A stretch of 46,105 nt of DNA from Chitinophagales bacterium (GCA_038210685.1 JBBQWJ010000001.1:1-46105), one strand, 5' to 3'. Shown: positions 37,108 to 46,105, numbered from the stretch's first letter. Made by a program: numbers and translations. Notes: a model not told the origin generated them from the sequence alone.

Positions 37108-38451
37108 CTAAAATGTTTTTACGGCTTCGCTTAAATCGAATACCTGTGCACTGCCATTTACTTTTGATTTGATGATGCTACTGCCGGCAGCGCTTCTGAA
37201 GCCTGCTTCGCAATGCACCACGATTGGCTTATTTAAAGGGATTTCATTGGTTCGTTCTCTTAATTCGTATAATGGAATTTCTATTGTGTGTTCAAATACT
37301 TTTTTTGTTTTTATTTCTGATGGATTGCGAATGTCAACAATCGTAAACGCTTCCTCATTTTCTCTCAGCTCTTCGCTATCAAAGTTGGCAGTTACCACAT
37401 TTCCTATATCGCCTGAAATTGCCAATTCAATTTGGCCTTCATAACCAATCTTTGCAATACGCGCGATCAGTTCATTTAATTCTGTTTCGTTCTCTGCCAC
37501 CAGGTAAAATTTTTCTCCGGGATTTACAATACTTCCCAGCCATGTTTCAAAACTATTGTCCTTCATAAGGTTGATGGCATTTTTAAAATGGCCTTTCTTA
37601 AATTGTTGTTGAGGCCTGCTATCAATTATAACCAGGGAAGAATCTATGGTTTGAGCATTTACATTTTCTGCTTTTATCTTTTGCACTTTTGAAATACTTT
37701 CTGAAAAATTTTCAGCTCCCTTTTTATTCAATCCTACTTCATAAGGAAAATACCGCGGAACAAATGGTTGATCAGCTAAAAGTTGCTCTACGAAATCATC
37801 TTCACTCATTTCCTGCAAACTCCAGTTACTCATTTTTTCAGCACCCATAGTGCTTGAATTCAGTTGGCTCAAACCTTTTCCACATAAGCTTCCTGCACCA
37901 TGTGCCGGATAAAGCAACACAGCATCCGCCAAAGGAATAAACTTATCACGAAGGGAATGATACATGTTTTTCGCTAAATCTTTTCTTGTCATCTTGATAG
38001 AGCCTGCACCTTCCCTCAAATCCGGGCGCCCGCAATCTCCAATAAAAAGAGTATCTCCTGAGAATACAGCACGTTCTTTATCATTTTCATCTATCAATAG
38101 AATACTGATACTGTCGGGCGAATGTCCTGGCGTGTTCAAGGCTTTTAAAGTAATGTGTCCTAAAATGATTGCGTCATCCTCATCAAAAGGTTCGTGTGGA
38201 TATTCTGCACCGAGCAATTTGCTTACGTAAATAGTAGCACCTGTCTTGTTATAAATTTCCAGGTGGCTGCTTACAAAATCAGCATGAGGATGTGTTTCTA
38301 TTATTGTAGTAATTTTCGCATGATGTTCATGAGCAAAATCGTAATACGGCTGTGGGTTTCTTGATGGATCAATTACTGCTACTTCTCCATTGCTTACGAT
38401 CGCATAAGAATAGTGCGCTAAATTTTTATCTTGAAATTGTTTTATTTCCAT
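37108..38451 (-). CDS. MBL-fold persulfide dioxygenase-rhodanese fusion (second paralogue)
   Basis: ETHPHADF, TPGHSPD, PAHGAGSLCG and CEAGFRS motifs. Confidence 0.88.
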   Translation of the reverse strand: MEIKQFQDKNLAHYSYAIVSNGEVAVIDPSRNPQPYYDFAHEHHAKITTIIETHPHADFVSSHLEIYNKTGATIYVSKLLGAEYPHEPFDEDDAIILGHITLKALNTPGHSPDSISILLIDENDKERAVFSGDTLFIGDCGRPDLREGAGSIKMTRKDLAKNMYHSLRDKFIPLADAVLLYPAHGAGSLCGKGLSQLNSSTMGAEKMSNWSLQEMSEDDFVEQLLADQPFVPRYFPYEVGLNKKGAENFSESISKVQKIKAENVNAQTIDSSLVIIDSRPQQQFKKGHFKNAINLMKDNSFETWLGSIVNPGEKFYLVAENETELNELIARIAKIGYEGQIELAISGDIGNVVTANFDSEELRENEEAFTIVDIRNPSEIKTKKVFEHTIEIPLYELRERTNEIPLNKPIVVHCEAGFRSAAGSSIIKSKVNGSAQVFDLSEAVKTF

Positions 38452-38473
38452 AACGTAATTATTATTTTGAATG

Positions 38474-38518
38474 CAAAGTTACATTGCTGAAAGTCGCTCT
38501 ACAGCTACTTTTGTTACA
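38474..38518 (-). promoter_or_regulatory. Operator (TGTAAC-AAAA-GTAGCT) plus -7 box (TAACTTTG)
   Basis: 16-bp imperfect palindrome at 38503-38518, 21-nt spacer, -7 box at 38474-38481. Confidence 0.65.
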
Positions 38519-38526
38519 CTCGTTAT

Positions 38527-38907
38527 TTATTTTAAAGCTTTTTCAAAAAACAACATTTTTACAGCAATCATAAGGAGCATTATTGCAAATAATTTCTTTA
38601 AAAGCCCTTGGGGAATATGGGTAGCGTATTTCGCGCCAAAGTATCCGCCCACAAAAAAGAATACAGCCATTAATAAGGCAGGTTTAATTTGCACAAATCC
38701 GTCCTGGTAATATTGATACGCGGCCAGAGCGCCTACCGGTAATACCATCATTACCAAAGCTGTTCCCTGCGCCATTTGTTGCGAATAGCCCAAAAATAAA
38801 ACCAATGCAGGAATGATAATTATTGCTCCGCCAAGTCCAAGCAATCCACTTAAAATACCGGCTGCAATTCCGATGAGTGCAACGATAATAAGATTTTGTA
38901 AATCCAT
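38527..38907 (-). CDS. Half-size TauE/SafE (TSUP) family exporter
   Basis: AGILSGLLGLGGAIIIIPAL...AQGTAL motif; 126 aa, four TM segments. Confidence 0.85.
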   Translation of the reverse strand: MDLQNLIIVALIGIAAGILSGLLGLGGAIIIIPALVLFLGYSQQMAQGTALVMMVLPVGALAAYQYYQDGFVQIKPALLMAVFFFVGGYFGAKYATHIPQGLLKKLFAIMLLMIAVKMLFFEKALK

Positions 38908-38939
38908 AATAATAGTATTTGTGATTAATTTAATTTGTG

Positions 38940-38984
38940 CAAAATTCTATTAATAAATTCTGATGCACGGTTATTAAAGTTACA
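38940..38984 (-). promoter_or_regulatory. Operator (TGTAAC-TTTA-ATAACC) plus degenerate -7 box (GAATTTTG)
   Basis: Palindrome at 38969-38984, 21-nt spacer, box at 38940-38947. Confidence 0.6.
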
Positions 38985-39019
38985 TAAGAAAATGTTTTGG
39001 AAATTTTTTGAAGAACGTG

Positions 39020-39613
39020 TTATTTGGTAGCGAGCAGGCGAATAACATCTCCTTTGCCTGAATGATGTGTGCCTTCTGCTAAATCTATTTTTAATTCTTC
39101 CAGGTAATTGATTGTTGCGTTATCGAAATCGGATTCAAGCTTTGCTACTGTATAAAGCATGTCTACATCTTTAGGGCCTCCACTTTCATTGTTGAGTTGT
39201 AATGGATTAAAAGCCTCTAGTAAAAGTAACGCTCCTGGTTTAAGTGCCTTGATAAAGTTTTGGTGGATTTGCCTTCTGATTGTTGATGGAAAATGCGCAT
39301 AGATCAAAGCGATCATATCGTATTTATTTTCTTCCAATTCTATTGTAAACGCATCTGCAATTGTATAATTTACTGTTACATTATACTGGTCTGCGAGAGC
39401 TAAGCATTTTTCTTTTCCTTTTTCACTTTGATCAAATGCATCCACAACCCAATTTAGCGTTGCTGCAAATACGGCATTTCTTCCTTCTCCTTCACATGGT
39501 AAAAGCAATTTTCCAGGTTGCAAATTGCTGATCTGGGATTTAAAAAATTCGTTAGGCTCTTTGCCATAAATATATTCTTCTGCTGAAAACCGTTCATTCC
39601 AAAACTGTTTCAT
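39020..39613 (-). CDS. Class I SAM-dependent methyltransferase (TehB-like)
   Basis: FWNERF...YGKEPNEF and EGEGRNA motifs; ATG at 39613 preferred over TTG at 39655. Confidence 0.87.
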   Translation of the reverse strand: MKQFWNERFSAEEYIYGKEPNEFFKSQISNLQPGKLLLPCEGEGRNAVFAATLNWVVDAFDQSEKGKEKCLALADQYNVTVNYTIADAFTIELEENKYDMIALIYAHFPSTIRRQIHQNFIKALKPGALLLLEAFNPLQLNNESGGPKDVDMLYTVAKLESDFDNATINYLEELKIDLAEGTHHSGKGDVIRLLATK

Positions 39614-39698
39614 AATTATTGATATGTTGAGTTTATAATAAATACATCGCTGCAATAAAGATTAAATAGGGTAATGATTATTACCCTTTATTGATGTT

Positions 39699-39744
39699 CA
39701 AAAATCAACAAATAAAAAACAGTAAAAAGTAACTTAAGTTACTT
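39699..39744 (-). promoter_or_regulatory. Perfect operator palindrome AAGTAACTTAAGTTACTT plus degenerate -7 box (GATTTTTG)
   Basis: 18-bp perfect palindrome at 39727-39744; its 16-bp core is 21 nt from the box at 39699-39706. Confidence 0.7.
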
Positions 39745-40362
39745 AAGTGTTATTTTATTGCGGCCTAACTCTACAAGGCCTTCGTCTTCCATTTGTTTGA
39801 GTAAGCGGGAAACTACTACACGTGCAGTTCCCAGCTCATTGGCTAGCTGCTCGTGAGTAACATACAGGGTATGGCTTTTGGTTAGTTCAGACTTCCTTTT
39901 AATAAAATGAAGGAGGCGTTCATCCATCTTCTTAAAGGCAACGGCATTTACCACTTCCAGCAATTCTTCAAAGCGTTTATGATACAAATGAAAAATGTAA
40001 TCGAGCCATTCAGGAAATTCTTTAATAAGCCCGCCTACTTTTTCTATGGGAATAAAAAGTATTTCAGTTTCTTCTTCGGCAATTGCTTTTACTTTGCTTG
40101 TATCTTCATGCATGCCTCCGAGGAAAGACATGATGCAACTTTCGCCGGGCTTTATATAATACAATAAAATTTCGCGGCCTTCTTCGTCGGTGCGCATTAC
40201 CCTAACACTTCCGTTCATTACAATCGGTATGGCTTTAATGTAAGCGTTTTCATTCTGTACTGTTTCTCCTTCAGAAAAGACTTTTACACTTCCATAATGA
40301 AGTAACTTTTCTTTGATAGCCGGAGAGTACCTGAATTCAAATATTTTATCTAATTGTTCCAT
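39739..40362 (-). CDS. Crp/Fnr family transcriptional regulator
   Basis: GREILLYYIKPGESC motif; HTH THEQLANELGTARVVVSRLLK. Confidence 0.93.
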   Translation of the reverse strand: MEQLDKIFEFRYSPAIKEKLLHYGSVKVFSEGETVQNENAYIKAIPIVMNGSVRVMRTDEEGREILLYYIKPGESCIMSFLGGMHEDTSKVKAIAEEETEILFIPIEKVGGLIKEFPEWLDYIFHLYHKRFEELLEVVNAVAFKKMDERLLHFIKRKSELTKSHTLYVTHEQLANELGTARVVVSRLLKQMEDEGLVELGRNKITLK

Positions 40363-40387
40363 GTTAATGCATTAATATTTACCGAAA

Positions 40388-40777
40388 TTATCCTGCTGCC
40401 ACGCTGAAGATACTGTAAGTAATTATCCCCAATACAATTAAAGATATTACTACATACAGATAATCCTTTTCAAAAAGAAATCCTACTACAGAAAAAATTA
40501 CACGTGAGATAGGTGTAGCGATCAATAAAAGAATTCCCAGTTGTATAATTGACAAACTATCGAATTGAATTACACCTTTAAAGATTTGGCCGACAGAACG
40601 AAGATTTGAAGGTTCTCCTCTGAAGGTTTTGAAATGAGGGATTGAAAATCCATGTTGAATTAAATAATAAACGCCGCCGAAAAGGATCATAGAGCCTGAA
40701 ATAATAACACCAGTAATCAGTAATTTTCCCATCACTGCTTCGAGATCATAATCCGATATTTTTATTTCTTTCTTCAT
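40388..40777 (-). CDS. DUF1634 membrane protein
   Basis: IIQLGILLLIATPISRV...EKDYLYV motif; ATGA overlap with the TauE gene. Confidence 0.85.
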   Translation of the reverse strand: MKKEIKISDYDLEAVMGKLLITGVIISGSMILFGGVYYLIQHGFSIPHFKTFRGEPSNLRSVGQIFKGVIQFDSLSIIQLGILLLIATPISRVIFSVVGFLFEKDYLYVVISLIVLGIITYSIFSVAAG

Positions 40778-41610
40778 ATTTGGCCTGTTATGCCGTTATA
40801 GATCATTTGTAATGCCAGGAAAGTGATAATGATGGCGAAAAGAATCCGCAGCCATTGAGTCTCTGATTTTACCAAAATTTTTGAACCCAAAAATGCTCCT
40901 GCAATTACACCCAAAACCACAGGCATTGAAAGCCCTGGATTGATATAACCTCTTTGCATGTAAATACCCGCGCTTGCAGCAGCAGTAACGCCTATCATAA
41001 AGTTGCTTGTAGTAGTGGAAACTTTAAAAGGGAGTTTCATAAAATGGTCCATTGCAATTACTTTTAAAGCGCCGGATCCAATTCCCAGCAAACCAGAAAT
41101 TAAGCCTGCTATTACCATCATAAAAAAACCACCGGGAATATTTTGAGCAGAATATTTGATTTCGCCTTGTGCTGTTGGATACGAACTGTTGAGTTTTAAA
41201 ACATGCGATAATTTGCCACCTTCAGGTTCAACAAGCATTTCATTTTTCTTTTTTAAAGATAGTGCGGCTGAAAAAATTAAAACAAAACCGAAAATGACTG
41301 CAATAATATGAGTAGGTGCAAATGCAGCAAGCGTAGCTCCTCCAACGGCGCCAAGCGTGGTTGCAATTTCTAAAAACATGCCAATACGGATATTCGAAAT
41401 TCCTTCTTTTACATAAGCTGCGGCTGCGCCGGATGAAGTGGCAATAACAGAAACGAGCGAAGCACCGATTGCATAATGAATATCAACGCCAAATACAAGC
41501 GTGAGCATTGGAATAATAACTACACCACCTCCTAAACCCGTAAGTGAACCAACTAAGCCCGCCAGGAAAGAGCCTGCTAATACAATGAGAGAGAATAAAA
41601 TTACCGTCAT
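40774..41610 (-). CDS. TauE/SafE sulfite-exporter family protein
   Basis: GSLTGLGGG, SVIATSSG, SGLLGIGSG and TTTSNFMIGVT motifs. Confidence 0.92.
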   Translation of the reverse strand: MTVILFSLIVLAGSFLAGLVGSLTGLGGGVVIIPMLTLVFGVDIHYAIGASLVSVIATSSGAAAAYVKEGISNIRIGMFLEIATTLGAVGGATLAAFAPTHIIAVIFGFVLIFSAALSLKKKNEMLVEPEGGKLSHVLKLNSSYPTAQGEIKYSAQNIPGGFFMMVIAGLISGLLGIGSGALKVIAMDHFMKLPFKVSTTTSNFMIGVTAAASAGIYMQRGYINPGLSMPVVLGVIAGAFLGSKILVKSETQWLRILFAIIITFLALQMIYNGITGQI

Positions 41611-41681
41611 TCATTTTTATTTAAGAATAGACCAAAGAAATAAACTCAGACAGTAAACAAAGAAATTTTTACTTTTCTTAT

Positions 41682-41990
41682 TTATCTATCAAACTTTTCG
41701 CGCCAGGCGAGCATCCCGCCCGTTAGATTTTTTGTATTGGAAAACCCCATCTGGTCCAATATCATTGCTGCCACACCGCTTCTGCCACCACTACGGCAAT
41801 ACAAGATTACTTCATCATTTTTAAGATCTTCAATATCTTCTATTTGCATGTTTTGAATGTTTCCTAATGGAAGTGCAACACCACCAATGTTGTATTCGGC
41901 TGTTTCTTCAGGTTGTCTTACATCTACAAGATGTAATTTTTCACCTTTGTCCAATCTTGCTTTTACTTCTTCCGCAGAAATGTTCGTCAT
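41682..41990 (-). CDS. Single-domain rhodanese
   Basis: DVRQPEE, YCRSGGRS and NLTGGMLAW motifs. Confidence 0.92.
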   Translation of the reverse strand: MTNISAEEVKARLDKGEKLHLVDVRQPEETAEYNIGGVALPLGNIQNMQIEDIEDLKNDEVILYCRSGGRSGVAAMILDQMGFSNTKNLTGGMLAWREKFDR

Positions 41991-42000
41991 ATTCTATTCT

Positions 42001-42819
42001 TTATTGTTTTATTATTTGAGAACTATCGGTTTTTATACTATCTATCGCGGGCCGTTCAGTCTGAATCCAGATATCCATTGTTTGGCCCGGCTGAATATAA
42101 TTAGGATTGCCATAACTATCATACTCGCCAGGATTTTGCCTGTAAATAAAGGCGCTGGAAGTATCGGAAATAGCAGCTGTGCTTAGTATCGCTGCCAGCA
42201 TAATGCCTTTGGTTTGTAGAATATCTCTTGCGCCCTGTACAGTCAAACCGGTTAAATCCGGCACAGAAATCTTTACAGCTTCAAGACCACCACCAATTAC
42301 AAGATCTATTTGAGAACCCCACCTGATTTTTGATCCAAAAAGGATTTTTTTGCCTTTGTAATCCTGTTCCAAAACCGATCCTTTCATAAAATTTGGACGA
42401 TACGTAGTGTCGCCTAATTCCAAATGATTTTTAGTGAGTTTATCTACTGCAAACCGATAACTCAATCCTTCAAGATTGGGCATTTCAATCATAGGTAAAG
42501 TAGTTGGATTCACATTTAAAAAAACGGTGCGGTTCACTTTTACAAGCGCATCCGCATCAGGTAATTGTTTTTTCACCGTATTCAATGGCAGACTGTCATT
42601 GTACAAAGAGTCAGTAATAATTACATCAAAGCCTTTTTTTTCTAAAAGATCAATTGCGCTGTCGACATTTTTTCCGGTAACAGAAGGTACTTTTAAAGAT
42701 TCTCCATGGTGAGTAAGCCAGCCAAGTGACTGGAAAAATAAAAGCCCAAGCAAGAAGGCCAAAGCTATGGCTGCCAGTAGGTTGACTAAAAAACTTTGTT
42801 TTGCAATAAATCTAAACAC
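42001..42819 (-). CDS. PASTA-domain membrane protein
   Basis: N-terminal TM segment; three PASTA repeats (VPSVTG, MPNLEG, VPDLTG). Confidence 0.88.
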   Translation of the reverse strand: MFRFIAKQSFLVNLLAAIALAFLLGLLFFQSLGWLTHHGESLKVPSVTGKNVDSAIDLLEKKGFDVIITDSLYNDSLPLNTVKKQLPDADALVKVNRTVFLNVNPTTLPMIEMPNLEGLSYRFAVDKLTKNHLELGDTTYRPNFMKGSVLEQDYKGKKILFGSKIRWGSQIDLVIGGGLEAVKISVPDLTGLTVQGARDILQTKGIMLAAILSTAAISDTSSAFIYRQNPGEYDSYGNPNYIQPGQTMDIWIQTERPAIDSIKTDSSQIIKQ

Positions 42820-42864
42820 GGTGCGTATATGAGTGAAAAATTAAAGTGCTGCAATTTAATAAAT

Positions 42865-43851
42865 TTAAGCAGGTAAACATTCCTGCAGTAACGCTGTATA
42901 AAAATCCATTAAAGTCCACCCCATTACTTTCACCTGCTGGGGAACAAGGCTGGCCTCAGTTTGGCCGGGTACAGTGTTTATTTCCAGCATGTAGGGTTGA
43001 TGTTCTTCCTCATTGTAAATAAAATCTATCCTTATAATACCGCTGCAATTAAAAATTTGATAAATTTTTATTGCTTCCTCTTTTATTTGCATGGCAATTT
43101 CATTCTCTATTTCAGCAGGCGTTATTTCCTGGCTTGCGCCCAGGTATTTTGCTTCATAATCAAAAAAATCTTTTTTGGTGATGATCTCGGTGATGGGCAA
43201 CGCAATGATCTTTCCTTTTGATTTAAAAAGACCAATAGTAAGCTCTCTCCCTTTAATAAATTCTTCTACCAGCACCTGGCCGTCTTCTTTAAAAGCTTTT
43301 TCAATTGCCGTGCCTAATTCTTCAGAAGGAGCATTTACTTTACTCATTCCAATACTTGAGCCTCCATTATTTGGCTTTACAAAAACCGGGAATTTTAAAT
43401 TCTTCACTAATTCATCAGGGCTTTCATACGTTTTCTTAAATAACAGAACAGAGTTGGCCACTTTAATTCCTGCGAAAGAAGCTACTGCCACGGTATATCT
43501 TTTATTAAATGTAAGTGCAGAAATAGCGCAATCGCATGAAGTGTAAGGAAGGTTAAGTATATCAAAATACCCCTGGAGTTTTCCGTCTTCTCCGGGCGTA
43601 CCATGAATGCCGATTAAGACCGCGTCAAAATGTATTTTTTGCTGGTCAACAATAATTGAGAAATCATTTTTATCCACCTCCGTTTTTTGACCGTTCGTTT
43701 CATAAAACCAGCCTTTGGGTGTGATATCAATTTTATAATAATCAAACTTTTCCGGATCAATATTCTTTTCTATTGTTTTTGCTGATTTGTATGAAATTTC
43801 AGCTTCGCCTGAATAGCCACCGGTTACAAACGCGATCTTTGGTTTCTTCAT
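42865..43851 (-). CDS. ddl: D-alanine--D-alanine ligase
   Basis: GGYSGEAEIS, HGTPGEDG, GSSIG, FDYEAKY and LEINTVPG motifs. Confidence 0.96.
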   Translation of the reverse strand: MKKPKIAFVTGGYSGEAEISYKSAKTIEKNIDPEKFDYYKIDITPKGWFYETNGQKTEVDKNDFSIIVDQQKIHFDAVLIGIHGTPGEDGKLQGYFDILNLPYTSCDCAISALTFNKRYTVAVASFAGIKVANSVLLFKKTYESPDELVKNLKFPVFVKPNNGGSSIGMSKVNAPSEELGTAIEKAFKEDGQVLVEEFIKGRELTIGLFKSKGKIIALPITEIITKKDFFDYEAKYLGASQEITPAEIENEIAMQIKEEAIKIYQIFNCSGIIRIDFIYNEEEHQPYMLEINTVPGQTEASLVPQQVKVMGWTLMDFYTALLQECLPA

Positions 43852-44051
43852 GTATTGGCAAATTTAGCGTATAAAATAAATTTAAATTTAGAATAATACT
43901 AATCCCGCGTAAAATAAAATCAAAAATCGTTTTTCAGAAAATAAAAATTTTTAATCGCTTAAATTTTTATACTTGAAACGCGATTTAAAAAAATATCAAA
44001 ACAGAAATCTGCATTATTTATTGCTTTACTATTAACCGTAAGATTTTGTGT

Positions 44052-44078
44052 AAAAAAAAATCCCGCAAAAAGCGGGAT
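44052..44078 (-). terminator. Rho-independent terminator after the L,D-transpeptidase gene
   Basis: ATCCCGC-N5-GCGGGAT followed by a T-run on the minus strand. Confidence 0.75.
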
Positions 44079-44085
44079 AAAATAT

Positions 44086-44838
44086 TTAAGAAGCTGGTTG
44101 TAATAATGATGATCGCGAAACGTATTTTTGATTATCGCTGTAAACAAAAAAGCAGGATCCGTCTTTAATAGTTTTAATGATGGGTGCAGCCACTTTTTTT
44201 GGTAAGGCCGGGCAACCATAACTTCTTCCCAAATACCCCAATGATTTCACAGTTTTTTCGCTTACATAATCAGCCGGATGAATAACAATTGCACGACTTT
44301 CGGCATTGTCATTTATTCCTTTTTCTTCGCCCTCAAGCCTCAATGAAAGGCCATTGTCCCCATAATAAGTACTTAGAGTTACATAAAATCCGAGGCTGCT
44401 CATGTGGCTTTCAGGTGAGTTGGAAAAGTGATTGGCATATTCCTTTCCGGAGTTGCGACCGTGTGCTACGTAGGTATTGAAAAGTAATTTATAGTTTTCA
44501 AGATCAATTACAAACAAACGTTTTTGAGTAGATGGTAGACTGAAATCAACAATTGATAAAATATTGTCATTATTTAGTTTTCCTTGTGAGCGTAAAATTT
44601 TATATCCTTTTACACCTTCAATAAAAGCTTGTTTTGATAATCCAAGAGAATTCAATTGCAAACTATCGTATACAATCAATTTGCTGTTATTATTCTCATC
44701 CGAAGAATTAGAGGTTTTTGCAATCGTTGTTCTTACTATTGACGCAGCAGGTTTAAAGCTCGCAAACGTAAATGTCAAAGGAATTAAAAACAGTAAAATC
44801 AGGCGTAGCGGCAGCAGGTTTTTCATAGGTCTTTTCAT
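44086..44838 (-). CDS. Murein L,D-transpeptidase catalytic-domain family protein (YkuD_2)
   Basis: VDFSLPSTQKRL, VAHGRNSG, SSLGFY and IVIH...GRSYGC motifs. Confidence 0.88.
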   Translation of the reverse strand: MKRPMKNLLPLRLILLFLIPLTFTFASFKPAASIVRTTIAKTSNSSDENNNSKLIVYDSLQLNSLGLSKQAFIEGVKGYKILRSQGKLNNDNILSIVDFSLPSTQKRLFVIDLENYKLLFNTYVAHGRNSGKEYANHFSNSPESHMSSLGFYVTLSTYYGDNGLSLRLEGEEKGINDNAESRAIVIHPADYVSEKTVKSLGYLGRSYGCPALPKKVAAPIIKTIKDGSCFFVYSDNQKYVSRSSLLQPAS

Positions 44839-45170
44839 TAATATGTTTTTAAGTTTAAGAATAAAAAAGAAACGGATTTAGATCTCATTGAGTAGTTCTG
44901 AAAATGTTTCCATGGATTTATGTCGCTTGTTAGCCGGCAATTTGATTTAAAAAATGGATATTGATTTTTTAAATACAGTGCAAATTTACGAAATGTTTTT
45001 CTATTAAAAGCTACTGCTATAAGCATTTCCAGCCGTTTTACAACTGCTTTAACAGAATGAAAATACAATTTTCTCAATGCCTTTTTTTTAAACAATTTTT
45101 TTTACAATTTATTGTGCAAACATTATTCGAAATCCACTTTTTCTTTTTATTATCTCTTACTTCATCTTGT

Positions 45171-45178
45171 TATATTTG
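45171..45178 (+). promoter_or_regulatory. -7 promoter box (TATATTTG) for recG
   Basis: TAnnTTTG match about 25 nt before the inferred start. Confidence 0.6.
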
Positions 45179-45202
45179 TAATATTCAACTACAGAAAAGA
45201 TA

Positions 45203-46105
45203 ATTGCCATTTCAAACACAGCTTCTATATTAAATAATCCAATAGAATACCTTAAGGGTGTTGGTCCCCTAAGAGGGGATATTTTAAAGAAGGAAGCGGG
45301 AATCTTTATATTTAACGATCTGCTTCAATATTTTCCATTTCGTCATATTGACCGCACTCAAATAACGCCTATATCTAAAATAAATGCTGAAACTGAATAT
45401 GTGCAGGTAAAGGGAAAACTTACTTCTGTGGAATCTTTAGGTGAAAAGCGTGGAAGAAGATTGGTAGCTACTTTATACGATGGAACAGGCGAACTTGAAT
45501 TGGTTTGGTTCCAGGGAATAAACTGGATACAAAAAAGTTTACATATCGGAGCGTCATACATTGTTTTTGGAAAAGCAGGATTTTTTATGAATACGCCTCA
45601 AATTACTCACCCGGAAATGGAATTGCTGACTGAGGCGAACAAGGAAGCTAAAAATTTTCTGGAACCCATTTATCCTGCTACCGAAAAGTTGAAAGCAAAA
45701 GGGATGGGAGGCAGGCAAATAGGAAACCTTACAGCCAGGTTATTACAATTAATTTCTGAAAAAGATATTCCTGAAAATATTCCGGCAGAAATGCTTTTAA
45801 AATTTCGATTGGTAAAACGGTTTGAGGCAATAAAAAATATACATTTTCCCACCTCAAAAGATGATTATGAAAATGCCGTTAAGAGATTAAAATTTGAAGA
45901 GCTTTTTATCTCGCAGCTGCGGATGGGTTTATTGCGATTTAAAAGAAATACATATTCTAAAGGACATATTTTTTCAAAGGTTGGTAATCTTTTTAATGAC
46001 TTTTATACCCATCATCTTCCTTTTGAATTAACAGGCGCACAAAAAAGAGTTTTAAAAGAGATCAGGAAAGATGTGGGCAGTGGAAAACAAATGAATCGTC
46101 TTTTG
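45203..46105 (+). CDS. recG: ATP-dependent DNA helicase RecG (3'-truncated; not in ORF track)
   Basis: Manual translation gives PIEYLKGVGP, YFPFRHIDR, ELVWFQG, HPE, IHFP, RLKFEELF, LPFELTGAQKR and MNRLL; start inferred at ATT 45203 (uncertain). Confidence 0.93.
   Translation, partial: MAISNTASILNNPIEYLKGVGPLRGDILKKEAGIFIFNDLLQYFPFRHIDRTQITPISKINAETEYVQVKGKLTSVESLGEKRGRRLVATLYDGTGELELVWFQGINWIQKSLHIGASYIVFGKAGFFMNTPQITHPEMELLTEANKEAKNFLEPIYPATEKLKAKGMGGRQIGNLTARLLQLISEKDIPENIPAEMLLKFRLVKRFEAIKNIHFPTSKDDYENAVKRLKFEELFISQLRMGLLRFKRNTYSKGHIFSKVGNLFNDFYTHHLPFELTGAQKRVLKEIRKDVGSGKQMNRLL

Noticed and set aside
286-45852. Numerous short ORFs antisense to or nested within long genes (e.g. 4753-5070, 13195-13590, 19543-20013, 31412-31885, 44838-45095)
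   Set aside because: Shadow or unsupported frames, mostly overlapping well-supported genes, with no motifs
1-46105. CRISPR array, tRNA or rRNA genes
   Set aside because: No regularly spaced repeats or cloverleaf/rRNA signatures were seen in the intergenic regions by eye

Overview
AT-rich chromosomal segment of a Bacteroidota bacterium, probably Chitinophagaceae-like, inferred from gene content and recurrent TAnnTTTG -7 promoter boxes. From left to right it holds: serC-DUF1015-TPR-acyl-CoA ligase; a general-stress-type cluster (sigma54-dependent response regulator, sensor kinase, YihY, CsbD, YtxH and three small membrane ORFs missing from the ORF track); housekeeping genes (tsaB, ridA, greA, HIT, ruvC, uppP, ftsX, leuS); a ~9-kb sulfur-handling accessory block after leuS (TlpA, SoxB-like hydrolase, rhodaneses, PDO-rhodanese, two TauE/SafE proteins, Crp/Fnr); then PASTA, ddl, an L,D-transpeptidase and the 5' part of recG. 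The most striking signal lies inside leuS: a 453-bp, codon-aligned, in-frame insert encoding a DUF559/Vsr-like nuclease domain, bounded by 35-bp GC-rich inverted repeats that each contain a hairpin. It is a candidate selfish element living inside an essential protein without intein motifs. Other notable signals are a 48-bp duplication of the leuS 3' end around a DUF202 gene, a GTAAC-N4-GTTAC operator at identical spacing in three sulfur-block promoters, an orphan SoxB-like enzyme, and a recG that appears to need a non-canonical start codon. No rRNA, tRNA, CRISPR array or transposase was recognised. All family calls come from motif recognition by eye; no database searches were run.
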